Shown: positions 37,690 to 50,700 of the stretch, in pieces
Layout of the letters: each line of letters starts with the position of its first letter
Position numbering within the stretch: the first letter of the stretch is position 1
NCBI GenBank assembly: GCA_028534125.1
Contig: CM052816.1
Location: 100,318,001-100,382,000, forward strand
Reading direction: 5' to 3'
Origin: Lama glama
Taxonomy: Eukaryota
DNA: 64,000 nt
Position numbers and translations under genes: made by a program
Notes under the pieces: model-generated
The model's database searches: none
What the model was told of the DNA's origin: nothing
What the model saw: the letters and a program-made list of their open reading frames with translations, nothing else

Positions 37690-37912
37690 CCTGATGCGCA
37701 AGGCAAGGAACTCCTAGAACCTAGGGGAGAGGCTGGGAAAACCCCTCTCCCAGTGCCTTCAGAGGGAGTGGGGTCCTGCACCTTGACCTTGGACTTCTGG
37801 GCACCAGAACCGAGAGACAGTAAATCTCCGTTGCTTAAGCTCTGCCCCGCCCCGCCCTGTGGCCCCACCCAGAGCCTGGCTCTCCATTACGCAGCCCGAG
37901 CAGACTCACACA
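37690..37912 (+). mobile_element. MLT1 MaLR LTR, 3' half
   Basis: ccttcagagggagt...caccttgaccttggacttctgggcaccagaaccgagagacagtaaatctccgttgcttaagc...gcagcccgagcagactcacaca. Confidence 0.75.
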
Positions 37913-38529
37913 CCTATGTGAGCAATGGGGCCTTCTGCAGAAGACACAGGCCGTTAGGTTGCAGAGAATGAGACTGAGCAGAAGTGCAGTGGGTTCTTCC
38001 AAGTGGTTTCAACATCACAGTGCAAGTCAGCTGAGTGGAGTCTGGAGCACAGGAAAGCATCCTAGAGGGGGCCAGTGTGAGTCCCTGCAGAGGGACACCC
38101 CGAAACAGACTGAGCGTGGCCCCAGTAGAGGCGAAGGCAGGAAGCTCGGGGCCACAGGCTGACGGAGCTGCAGGCCTGTCCCCTCCCACCCCAGCCCTCT
38201 CCTCCTGGCAGACAGTTGTCACACAGCACCACCAGCGGGGCAGTCAGATGGTCAGGGTGCTGTCTGCAGCCTCCCCACCCCGAGCCCCCTGCCCCACTCT
38301 GGTCTGAGAGAAGGTTAAGGGACACCCTTTCCCATGGGGGTCCCACCAGGTGTGTCCTGAGACCCTTCCGCCTTTCACTTGGCTTTCCCTCCAGAAACAA
38401 AGACGGATTCCACTGCTTTCTGAAACGGGGTGGGGGCTCTGGGTGGGAAGAGTTTGCACTGAAAGCAGGTGTCATGGGCATCCACTCATGGGTGATGGGT
38501 TTGAGGACAAATGTATTCAATGGGTCTGG

Positions 38530-38765
38530 ATCAGTTTCCTGAGCGCCACAAACGGGAAGGCCCAAGACATCCCGAATGTGCCGTCCCATGGTTCTGGAGG
38601 AGAAGAGCCCAAAGTCAAGGCCCAGCAGGGCCATGCTCCCTCAGGAAGCTGCTGGGGAGGAGGCTTCCTGGCCTCTGTCTGCTTCTGGCCCTGGAGACGG
38701 CCGCCCCCGGCTCACAGGGGCGTCCCTCCTCTCTCCCCCTGCCTTCACGTGACCTCTTTCTCCCA
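38530..38765 (-). mobile_element. MLT1 MaLR LTR fragment, GC-shifted
   Basis: ggttctggaggagaagagcccaaagtcaaggcccagcagggccatgctccctc...cttcctggcctct...gccttcacgtgacctc. Confidence 0.65.
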
Positions 38766-41394
38766 CGGCCACTGTCTTCAGTTCCCACATGGCAGCTGCA
38801 GCGTGGTGTTCAGGTGACTCAATGGAAAAACTGGAGAATCCACTGCTCGTGGCGTCGCTTCATCCCAGGGCAGGCGAGTCGCTGGGGGAGGCAAGACAGG
38901 GACCGCCAGGAGGCCCAGGCCCCGGGGCAGGTGCGCCCCAGGGCAGCTTCGGGTTTTCTACCTGAGGTTCAGGTCGATTGCTGTGGTTTCCCCTCCTTCG
39001 TCAGGCACTGGATTTTGTGTAAGACGAGATCCAAAAGCCTCTGGGAAGCTTAAAAGGCGATATTTCAGTCCACTTCGCACTATGAACCATTCATCTGCAA
39101 ATGTGAGCCAGTCCATGGAAACAAATCATTCCACCTGGCAAACTCGACATTAAAATTGAACCTGCGGTTTCCTGGAAAAGCTCGGCCTTGCTCTGATTTT
39201 GCAGTTGCCCTTGATGTTCTGTTAGCGACCCCAACTAAGCAGGGTACATTCTGATAACATCACGGAAAGGGAGAAAGATTACGTGGTACGAGGAGATCAT
39301 CTGAATAAACCTCCTAGTGGTGCCACAGACGCCTCCGTCCGGGGTGAGCAGGGAGCCCTCTGCCTGCCCCCTCTCCAGGAGGAGGTGGGAGTGAGAGGGC
39401 TTCCAGCCCACACAAGGCGTGTCACCGGGGCACTGGTGGGACCACGGTTTGCAGAAGTGTCGTTTCATACATGTGTATGTTCCTCCTCCTGTTAAGCTTT
39501 GGTGGAGTTTAATTTTTCTAACGGCTATAACGTTTCCTTAGGTTGAATTCAATGTAATATTAGCCCCCTGCATCATAATAAGTATTTCTTTGTTATGTTC
39601 CAAAGATTTCCAAAAACTGTCATCCAAAATGTATTTTGAAAAGGGAAAAATGCTATTATTAAGAAAATGCAGCAGCAACAAAAAAATCAGCTTGCTTTGC
39701 CCCCAGACAAACGTGACCAGACAACCTGACCCAGTGGCCCACGCCGGGCACCATCTGACGACCGACACGGCACAGTGACCACGCCGGCCCGGAGGCAGAG
39801 CGGAGGGGGCCGCCTCGCGCGGCGGGGCTCCCAGGGCCTCCCACCCCACCGAGGCGCGGTGACTCCAGCCTGGGGGAAATCACACACCGGTCTAAATTCG
39901 GTTCTCATTTCTTCAGGAGTCTTTGCACAAAACAAGGAGGAAATTAAGCATGCAGAATGATTCCCCAGGATCTTTGAAAGCAGTCCTTCCCGCGGCCAAA
40001 GACGCCTTTACCCGCAAGTCCGGGACGCTGTGCCTCCACCTGCCAGCCTCATTCTTCCGCAGGCCCAGCATCTCAAGCTGTTTCAGAAAGTTAACTATTA
40101 AGTACTCTCAGCTGCGGCGGAGCCGTGAGCGCAGCTCGCTGTCGGCCCGTCTGCCGCGCAGGGGACGCCTTTTGATCTTATCTCGTCGCAGACGGAGAAG
40201 TGGAATAGCCGCCATTTAAATGCGTGAGGTGGTTTGACATGCGTCCTGCACACGAGGGATCGATGGTGATCCGACAGTCACCAGACACGGTGTAAACGGC
40301 CGCCGCAGACGCTCCACGGGGCGAGATAACATCTCAGAAACCCCGACGAGCGTCACTAGCCATTAACCCCCAAAGCGGCCACTTGAACTCGCATGCGCGG
40401 GGGTCTGCGCCGCGCCAGGCTCCCCGGGTGGGGGAGCCCCCCGGACGGCGAGGTTCAAAGCGACCAGGAGAAGTCGGGTTTAAGGGTCAGTCGCGGGGGT
40501 GGCCAAGGCTGGCTCCACTTTCGAAAACCCTGAAAATCTTCAGATTCTGTTTCCGTAAAAGCTGGGAAAAGCCCTCGGCACTTGCCCAATTTTAGAAACA
40601 TTCTAACAGCTAAGGAGGCCATCAGTAATTACAGTTAAATTCAAATGTCTGCACACTCATCACAACACCAGGGCCGGCGTCCGACAGGACCGCATGGAGT
40701 GAAGGTTAACCCTCGCTCCCCAGCGCCCGCGCAGCCGGGCAGGGAGCAGTGCAGCCAGAGGAGGCGCTCTCCTCCGCAGGGCTTTTCCCCGGGCCGCGGA
40801 GCCCTGACACTCTCAGCAGCGGAGTCCTTTGGGTCCTTTGGGAAAGAAAGTGTTTTCCACTCGGAAAAATGTCTGCCAGACTTCCTGGAACCCAGAACCT
40901 ATCTCGGCCTCTGGACACTGATCAACGTCAAGGACTCTCAGCGGATGCTGAAAGGTGAAGACATGGATTCGGTGAAATGCAAAGGGTCATCGACTGTCCA
41001 GACTGTCCTGGGGCAGAAAAGGAGCCACGGTGATCAACGTGTGCAGAGCGCTCGCGGCTGGCCCGGGAGCTCATGCTGAGTCCGCTGGCATATGGGCCTC
41101 CCTCTGCCGTCCCGACGCCGGTCCACGAGGCCCGGGCATCAGTCATGATGGAGCCGAGAGCCCACCCAGAGGCATCGTGAGGAAAGTCACCGGTCCCGAA
41201 AGCGCGGCTCTCCGACATCCTAAGCAAACACTGTCGGATGAAGAGAGAAGTCCAGCAAGAGCCCACCGCCGCCCTGCTCGTCCTCGTCCTTTTAATTTAT
41301 AAAAGTAAAAGCTCCTGGAAGGGACACAACCGGCACTGAGAACCCTTCTCCACTCCCCTGTCCAACCGAGCTGTCAAATTCACCGCTGAGGCTT

Positions 41395-41765
41395 CTCTTT
41401 GTAATCGCGGGATTACGCACTCCATCACCCGCCCCACCCCCATCGCCCCGTCTAATGGTTTTAAGGGGAAAGGAAATTACTTGTCCTCGGAGCCGGCACT
41501 TGACACTTTTATGGGTCATTTGTAATGAAGCCATTCTTCGGCTTTAATGGAGACCTTGATTCCGACCGGTGTGAATAATTGTCACGAGGTGATTAATTAA
41601 ATATGCACCACTCCCCTATAAAATTGATCAACATATTACATTACACTGCTCCAAAAGTTATTTTATTTCTTCAGTCGACTTCAAATTCTATGCATTTAAA
41701 CAAGCTTTAAACCGGAGCCATATAATTTACTACATATTAATTATACATACATACTGACTAAAGTA
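41395..41765. promoter_or_regulatory. Candidate developmental enhancer (homeodomain-motif-dense)
   Basis: GTAATC-GCGG-GATTAC inverted pair, TAATGG, TTTTATGG, TAATGA, TGATTAATTAAAT, TTGATCAA and ATTAATTA in unique sequence. Confidence 0.5.
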
Positions 41766-42864
41766 AGAAAAAGGGCTTTACACCTTTTTTTTTTTAACTC
41801 CATGAACTGTGTCGCTGTGACTGACCAAGATGTGAAGTCCTGTCTTGGGGAGGAAATGTCATGTTCGCTCCTCCTGCAGGATAAAGTGCTCACCTCTGTC
41901 TGCAGGTTTTAAGCTCTACAAACATGCAGCTTTAGCTGAAATAAATTTCCAAGGCAAAGAGTAGTACTACCAAATTCAATTGGTATGCAAAGTTTCGGCT
42001 TTTAAAATACCATGTCAGGACAAGACCCAGTAGTGGACTTGCGGGCGCTTCGCTTGAAGCTCCTGAGGGCCGCATGAGGGTGGGAATGAGAGGTGGGGGA
42101 GGTCCTGGGTGGAGAGCTCTGCTGAAATGAAGGTGAAGCCTGGACCGCCAATATCACCACGAACTCCACCCCCGTCTTCGGTTCACACTGGGGTTTGACG
42201 GTCTGAGTAAATAAATGCAAAATTTCCCTGGAAAGTTGGTCCCTCTTGCTTCCACTCCCCTTGCAGGGGCGGAGCCTCTCTTGTCACTGAGTACAGTGCA
42301 GGGCAAGCGGGGAAGGTGACACAAGAAATTGAAAACTGGATTTCAGAGATGCTCTGAGGCTCGACACTCAGACCAGACATTCCTCCTAACAAGGAATAGA
42401 TGGTTTGAGGTGAACGCGATAAAACCTACAAAAATAAATTGGGAGGAAATGATGAAAAATAAAAACAAAACCTTCCAATTTTGTATCGCCAGTGCTTCTG
42501 CCCTGGACCAGGGGGTATCAGATGTGAAGTGCAGTGATACAGGCACACTTCAGACAGGCGCTCATCAGGCCAGCACACGAGATGATGACAGAGTGGTCAA
42601 CACTTCCCCAAAGCACACAGGCTGCCCGGCGCGCAGAGGCACAGAGCCCTTGAGAAGCATCAGAGTAGCTGACGGTTTGGCAGACACCTTGGACTCCTGC
42701 TGCTGGCAGAAGCAGCCAGGACCAAACCCAGAGCAGCCCAGGACCTCTGATCAAAGTCCACACCGAGTCCACACAGGGACATTCTGGAAGACCTGGGAGC
42801 CACCTCTTTGAATGCAGATGACTGATTTCACTGAAGCAGTCAATCAACCACTTTTTTTTTTTTC

Positions 42865-43700
42865 CAGGCTGTTAAAATGTCATTGAATGAATGTAGCAGA
42901 TTAAGAGAAAAAAAAAAGATAAGCAAAAATAATAAATTGATAATAATACTTCAACTTGAACAAACTTGCGGTTTGCAGCCTTGGTCACGTGGCTGTGCTG
43001 TGGTCAATGCTTCCAGCATCAGCTGCAGGACTGAATCCCACAAAGGGCCTGAGTTTAATCATCCAATCCCAGACTGTATTGATTTGGGGACTACTTGCAA
43101 TGACTATATAAATAAGCCATTTCTTTGCAACTGTATCTGCAGCCGGTCATGAACCCAAAACCTTCACAACCTGGTCCAAAGTGAATTACGCCCTGCAGAA
43201 ATAAATTAATAAAACGAACACAGCCAGGCTCCTCTACCAACTTATTTTCACGTTTCAAGAGCTTAAAAATATAAAATCAATAATCATTTAGTCATAAGGG
43301 TAAATGAAGCAACATAACATCACAGTATACCCTTCAGCCATTCAAGTCATCCTAGGTAATTTATCTCATCAAAAGGCAGCGGTAATAATCGCCCCCGCTC
43401 AGAGACGCGCAGCCACACAGCTGCCGCGTTAGTCTAGAGAAAACAAGTTGGGAGGAAATATTAAAAATCAATACCTGTTTCCTTCTATCAGACCAGATGG
43501 CGTCCATCATAAATCCGTCCCTGTAAAGGATGCTCGGAGCTGGGTGCCCAGGGTGAGGAAGGCAACTGAGCGAACAATATAAACCACAGCTCTGCTCAAC
43601 GGGAGGGACAGCCGGGCTTCTTGAAGAACGCAGTATTTTGCAGTTGCAAAGTTTTGCTGAAATTGTAATTATGGGGAATGAAAAATCTATGGTAGCCAAA
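42865..43700. promoter_or_regulatory. Candidate enhancer with three ONECUT-type AAATCAATA motifs
   Basis: TATTGATTT at 43077-43085, AAATCAATA at 43274-43282 and 43465-43473; additional TAAT cores and a CACGTG. Confidence 0.5.
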
Positions 43701-44324
43701 GGGCACAGAGAGCAAGCGCTCACCAGCGCTGTGAAGCAGGTATGCAAGCGGCAGCCTTCCAGAGTGCCCGCCTGTGACCCCCGTTACCTGGCTGATTGAT
43801 GTGGTCATTCATTCGTTCATTCATTCACTCTCGCAGCCGCGTGGTTTCCTGTCTGGACATTCAGGCACCAGCCCCTCCCACTGGAGAATCTATCACGTTG
43901 TCACACCACTGTCACATGTCACATTCTCTCCTTAGATAGCCACTCAAAGTTTTGACAAGGTTTTTCTGGTCACAGATGGCCAAGTAGAAATAGCTGCGGC
44001 GCTAACTCCCCAAGAGGCGGGTTCCCTGCGGGGGGAGCCATGCGATCCCGGCCCCCGGCCCCCCACCGTGATGCGCCCTTCATCCTGACACCTTCATGTG
44101 AGGGACACCAGAGCCGCACTGCCCGGGCTGGAGGCCAGGCTGCTGGGCTTGCACTGGAGGTGCCCTGGAGAGAGTGCTGGGCAGGCCCTTCCAAAGCCGC
44201 TCAGACACACTGACTTCTCAGGGACGCTGGGCTCAAGCCGTTGGAATTTAGGTGCAGGTGCCCTCACTCTGATAAGCCTTTTCTGTGGCATGTTGTCCGG
44301 GACGGGCCGAGTGGTGTTTTCCTC

Positions 44325-44815
44325 CGTTACTGTCTTGAACCGCTAACCCCCGGCGTCTTGGAATGTGACTGTTTGAAGACAGGGCCTTTGTAAACAGATT
44401 AAGGTAAATGAAGCTGGAAGGCTGAGCCTCAAGTCACCCAGACAAGTGTCCAGTCAGAGGAACGATACCGAGAATGCCATCTGGGGGCCAGGGAGAGTGG
44501 CCTCTCCAGAAACCACCCCTGCTGGTGCCTTGGTCTGGAGCCCGCAGCCTCCAGCACTTGAGAAAATAAACTTCCGCTGTTTAAGACACCCTGAGGGTGG
44601 GAGGGCGGCAGCGTGGGGAGGGCCTGGCTCAGAGGGAGGGTGTGTGCTTAGCATGCACGAGGCTCTGGGTTCATTCCACGCGCCTCCTTTAAAAAGTAAG
44701 CAAATAAATAAACCGGATCCCCTCCACACACGAAATTAACATTAAATTAGGTTGAAATAAAAAAAAAAGACCACCCAGCTGGGGCACCATGTCAGGGCGG
44801 CCCAGCAAACTCACA
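44325..44815 (+). mobile_element. MLT1A-like MaLR LTR split by a SINE insertion
   Basis: gaatgtgactgtttgaagacagggccttt...ccagaaaccacccctgctggtgccttggtct...gagaaaataaacttccgctgtttaagacacc; resumes after the SINE as ccacccag...cagcaaactcaca. Confidence 0.8.
44615..44768 (+). mobile_element. tRNA-Ala-derived SINE, camelid Vic-1-like
   Basis: ggggagggcctggctcagagggagggtgtgtgcttagcatgcacgaggctctgggttcattcc...aaataaataaacc...poly-A. Imperfect TSD aagacaccc / aagaccaccc. Confidence 0.8.
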
Positions 44816-47319
44816 AGGCGCCCCTGCAGTCACAGGCACGGTGAGCTCGGCATAGCGCTTCCTCGGTGTGTCCCTTCACACACAGGGCAGGTTTGTGAAG
44901 GGGCTCTGTACACACTTGAATAAATACCCCCTTGAAGGGACCCCCAAATAAATCTCTTTTGGAGTAAATCCCCCCTCGTGTCAGTTCATGGGGAAATGCC
45001 CATATTTGATTTTCCTCAGTCCCAGTAGCTGAAATGTGCCCAGTTCTGTTACGCTTCAAAAACGCATCCCAGTTAAGCCCCCTGTTCAGGTCCTGTCGGG
45101 CAGGTACCCACGGCCTCCACGTTCAAGTCTACACACCACGTATTTATAAACAAGAACTAAGATAAGATCAGGTTGAGGCAGAATCCTTATCAATGACGAT
45201 GTGTTGGGAACTTATATTTAATCAAAAGTCCTAAATTCATCACCTATGTGACATTTTGAAGTTGCTAAAAAAAAAAATCTAGATACATGCCCTTCCATTT
45301 TCCCAGCAAATGTGATCTCAGGCGCCAGTCCTTACCTGGCTTGAGGAGCGCTCCGCTCCGCGTGGGTCTTGACTCTCTGGTGGCGCGTTTACTAGTATCC
45401 CCAGACAAAGTGCTGTTCCAGGCAGAGTGGTCGGCAGGGCACACAGATGATCCGGAACCATGCGCCCAGCGGCACAGGGCAGAGCTCTGCGGGAAAGGAG
45501 CCTCCCACCCGCGCCCCTCCCCAGCCCGCGGGGTGTGCTCAGCGCTCCCACCTGTCCGCGCCGCTCCGGCTGAGGCTCAGAGGAACCGGCGGAACACGCG
45601 GGAACCACTGCCTGGCCCGAGGGGGATCGCAGAGGGGTCTTCGGTATTCCGAGAACAATCTGCATTCGAAACAAATGACAAACCACACCCAGAGTCTAAA
45701 ACAGTGTGTCACAGTAGAAGCCTTTACTCTGCGGGTGAGTTTCAGCGCCCGTGACGTCCTCCCTAAAGCAGCAGCGCCCTGGGCCGCACCTGCGGACCCT
45801 CTGCCCAGTCGGGCGCTTACCTGCGCCAAGTGCGGCCCGTAGAATAATGCTTGTGAAACTGGTCCGCTTGCTGGCTGCGCCTTTCCTTTCAGGGGAATGA
45901 GTAGCTGAGCTCTTGTTATCTGCTTGGTTCAGAATCGAAATACAAATATTTGGGTTGTGAAGAGCTGAAGTATCAATTCTCAGAAATACCGCATTTGCTC
46001 TTGCCTGATACAAGGTGTCAAATCATCAAACGGATTACAAACGAGACTCACTCAGAAGTCACCCAAAGCCCGCTGGACACCACCCAGGTCCTGACACTCA
46101 GCTTCTCCTGCCAAGACTGCTGTGAAGCGGGGACATACATCACGCCCACCGCCAAGCGCCATCGTGTGAAGCAAGACCATAGATCACCTGAGCCTCCGTG
46201 GGAGACTCATGCCGATGGTGCCCAGTATCTTTCTTCAGGAAACGTTTCATCATTGACACACTTCTCAACGGGTTTTGAGAAAGTGAACTCTTAAAATCTC
46301 TGTGGTTGCTAAGAGGCTGATATTTAATGTTTGAAAATGTTCATCTATAGCAGATACATCATTTTTTTTCCCATGGCAGACAGGATCTTGAGATCTGCCA
46401 CTAAGCTTAAAATACATCTTTTATAAAGAAAAATTATACAATTTCATAAATATTAGTCTCTTTTTTCTAGAATTGATCCTCTCCAAGTCTAATGTATTAA
46501 TGAACTTCCAGCATGCTCCCTCCAGCTGATGACAGTGACTCGCCTGTATTTAGTCACTGAATCCTTGACAAGGGAAAGGTGTCTGTGCTGCATAACACTT
46601 TTCCATCTATGTTTTCCTTTCCCTTCCTGCGAAGGTTAGACTGAGCTGGTTCCCAACCCAGATGTGAAACCTTGAATGAAACAGACAGACAACAATCATG
46701 CTAGCCATTTACAAAGCCAAAGGCAGAAGGAACAACAGATATAAATAAACTTATATTTTTTTTATTTGATTCGATGGCCAAATACCAACCCAGTACCTCA
46801 TCACCGCCATCACCAGGCTCAGAAGGTGTGTCTAGTGGAGCTGAAGACATTGTGCCTTATAATCTGTATTTCACTTAATTCTAAACTATAAGAGAGACTT
46901 GTGTACATATATTCTCACACAAGAAAGGTAACTTTAGCATTATTTATGGCAGCATTACACCTTCTCCTCCCTGGGCAATTTAGTACACATTTTGCACCAA
47001 ATACATATATACATATATTTTTTTACATACAAACACAGACATGTTTTGTTATCTGCTTCACCTTGATCTTTGATCGACATGATACCGGACATTCCATGTT
47101 GTCCTTTCTCACCCTGCACCTAGTGAAAATCCACCCAGGGGCCACATGGAATTTCTGGAGATAAGGAGTCAATATTTGAAATTAAAAAAAAAAAATCACT
47201 GATGGGTTTAGCAGGTTAAGCACCATGGAAAAGTGTAATTTTGAGGGCAGAGGGAAATCAGGGGGGCCATTAAGCCAAGGAGGAAAAGATTAAAAAAAAA
47301 ACTGCTGAAAGAAAACATA

Positions 47320-47700
47320 GGAAACTGTCCCATTATTTGGTGTAACTTGCATATAAGTGTATAATCAAAGGGATATGCTTGAGACAGAATATTTGGAAAA
47401 GAACACTTGGCAATAATTTTGAAGTTTGAAAATACATATGCCTTTTGACCCAGAAATCCCAGGTCTGGAACCTTATCACTAAGAAACAAAAGTCAGTAAG
47501 AACATATGTGTAAGGATGCTTGTGGCGGGGTCACTGGAAACAGTAAACAACTAGAAGTAATATAGATGCCTCTAATTAGGGAAATTAGCGAATAAATTAT
47601 GGCATTCTACTTTCATGCCATGGAAATGGTGTAATCATCAGAAGAATGAGATAGAGCTATACACTGCAGAAGGAAAGATCAGGGCACTGACAGATGTGCC
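47320..47700 (+). mobile_element. Old LINE-1 3' region fragment
   Basis: catatgccttttgacccagaaatcccag...atatgtgtaaggatgctt...aataaattatggca. Confidence 0.6.
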
Positions 47701-47789
47701 AATATAACATATTCAAAAAGAGGCACAGCAGAGGGTGGGGGGTAAGACTAAAAAAAGAAAGAAAGAAAGAGAGAAACAAGCAAACAAAC

Positions 47790-50700
47790 AAATTTGCACC
47801 TTAGTGACCTCTGGAAAATATCGAACAATCTAAGTACATTTAAATTCTCTGAAAGAGGAAAGGGTTAGAAATATATTTGAACAAATAACAGTCAATATTT
47901 TTCCAAATTGGTGAAAACTGAACATGCATAAAGGAGAAACCTATCAAAGTCCACTCAGGGTAGATACAAAGGAAACTGCACAAGGCTGCCAGGGTCAGGG
48001 TTGCTGCACACGATGCAGTGGTACAAAGATAACAATGACCACTGACGTCTCATTAGAATCAGTGGAAGCCAGAAAACAGTGAAAAAGTCTATAATTCTCT
48101 CCAGGGAATTAGCTTTCAAAACAAGGCAAAATAAAGATTTTTTTCCAGATAAATAAAACCTAAAAGAATTGATTGAAGGCAAGCAAAATTCATTAAAAAT
48201 AAAAATTTTCATGCTAAAGTTAAACAATGCTAGATGGGAACTTGGACCTACATAAAAAAATAAAATAAAATAAAAAACTCCAGAATGGTAAATATGTACA
48301 TAAGTGTTGAGATTATTTTCTCAATGTTGATTTTTAAAGGATAACTTACTATTTACACCACAAATATAATAATGCATTATGAGTTTTATGTCATATGTAT
48401 AAATAAAATATGTAACATTGGGAAATGGAAGCATACTCTTATAAGGGTCTTACATTACATATTAGAGGTATACTATTTAAAGGCAGATTTTATTAGCATT
48501 ACATATTATAAACTCAAGAGACCACTAAAATATGTATAATTAAACAGAGGTATATCTACTGGGCTAATAATGGAGATACAGAGGAATAATAAAAACTTTT
48601 TTTTCTGAATCTGAAAAGGGCAGTAAAAGATAAACAAAGGAAAAGAACAGATCGGACAAACAGCAATATTATAGACAAATCAAATGATAACAACAGCTGT
48701 ATCAAATATAAAGGATCTAAAAACACCAGTTAAAAGGCAGAGACCGTTAGGTTTTTAAATGGAAAAATAAGACCCAATTCTGCGCTGTCCACAAGATATA
48801 AGCTTCAAATATAGACCTAGAGCTATATTAAAAGTAAAAGAATAAGAAAAGATATTCAATGCAAACACTAACCATAAGAAGCTGAAGTGAGTGTCTTGGT
48901 ATCAGACAACGCAGACTCTAGGATTAGAAGAAGTGTTACCATGTATATAGGAAGATATTACATAACAATAAAACTGTCAATTAATCAAGAATGTAACAGC
49001 CATAAAATTGTATACACCTAATAATAATGTACTGAAACACATGAGGCAAAAAACATTGATACAGTGAAGGAGAACTAGACCTGTACAGCTGGTAAATTAG
49101 CACTCCTTTCTCAGCACTCGATAGAACAAGCAGACAGAAAATCATTTAGGACAAAGAAGACCTAGACAATCCCATCAACTGTTTTTGATAAATCGACCTT
49201 GGCAGACTGCTCTGTCTTACACCAGCAGATCTGTAGCCTCTGGGCTGAATCTAAAATCTTCCCCCACAGATACCAAATAACAGACCATGAAATAAGTTTC
49301 AGTAAATTCAGGAAGGATTCAATTACACAGAGTGTATTCTCTGACATGATGATACTAAATTAGAAACAAACAATATGAATGCATTTATGAAACTCCCCGG
49401 TATTTGGAAATCAAGCAAAATATGCATCAATAACCCAATGGTCAAAGAAGAGAGCGAGAAAGAAGGAAAATTTTAAAAATATTTTCAACTAAACAAAAAT
49501 GACTATTTTTAACTAAACAGCAGAACGCAGTGCCTAGAAGGAAATGTACAGCAGTAAATGCTTGTGTCAGGAGAGGTGCAAAGCCTAAAGGGTCCGAGCC
49601 GCCATCTTTGGAAGCCAAACAGCAACCACAGGCTATCAAGGTAAAGACAACGTAAGAGAAGGACGTGGACAACAGAGAGCAGAGCTGAAGCCACTTAGAC
49701 GGAAAATGGACTCGCTACAAGGAAAGGCCAATAAAACCAAATCTCAGTCTTGGAAAAAAATCAATGCAATTCATAATCCCTGGTTGACTGAACAAGGGAA
49801 ACAGAGAAGACGTCACACATCTGTGTCAAGAGTCCGGGGGAGGTGACAGCTCAGGGGTAGAGGGCGTGCCTGGCACGCACGAGGTCCGGGGTTCAATCCC
49901 CAGTCCCTGTGTTACAAACAAACAAATAAACCTAGACAAACCTAATTACCTCCCCCAGAAAAATTAAAAATAAATCTTATAAAAAGAATCAGGGGGAGCA
50001 CATCACTACAGGTCCCACAGACGCTGAAATGATGAGGAGGGAAGATTGTAAAATGATCTTTGCCAGTACATTCAACCACTTAGACAGGACGGAGACATTT
50101 ATTGAAAGATGTCATATATAAGACAGCTTAGAAAGCCTGAATGATTCTGTATCTACCTAAAAATCATATTTATAATTCACAAACTTCCCACAAAGAAAAT
50201 TCTAGGCCCATATGACTTCAGTGATACACTCACCAGCATTTTGAGAAAATAACAGTAATACACAAAATCTTTCAGAAAATGGAGGAAATGCTTTCCAAAA
50301 CATTTTGTGAGACCAGAGCTACTTGGATACCAAGGTATCAAAACTAGACAAAAACATTCTAAGAAAAGAAAACTGGCAAAAATCCGTCATGAAAAATAGG
50401 ATGAAAATTCCTTTACAAAATACTAGCACATTAAATTTGGCAACAAAAACAACATGTATTATGACCAAACGGGGTTCATCTGAACAATTCAGTCTTACTG
50501 GGACATTTAAAAATCAATCAATGTAATTCACCACATTAACAAAATAAAGAAGAAAAACCATACAGCTACCTCAATAGATGGAGAAAAAGCATTTGACGTA
50601 ATTTCACACTCATGATTAAAGATGCCAAGCAAACTAAGGGAAGCAGGGAGCATTCTCAGCCTAATAGAGGCGACTTGCACTTCATCCACAGCTAATATCA

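Noticed and set aside
43476..43535. Possible 46-nt minus-strand exon (cctttacag|...aaacag|gtattg)
   Set aside because: Weak polypyrimidine tract and donor; lies in enhancer-like sequence; peptide unrecognised
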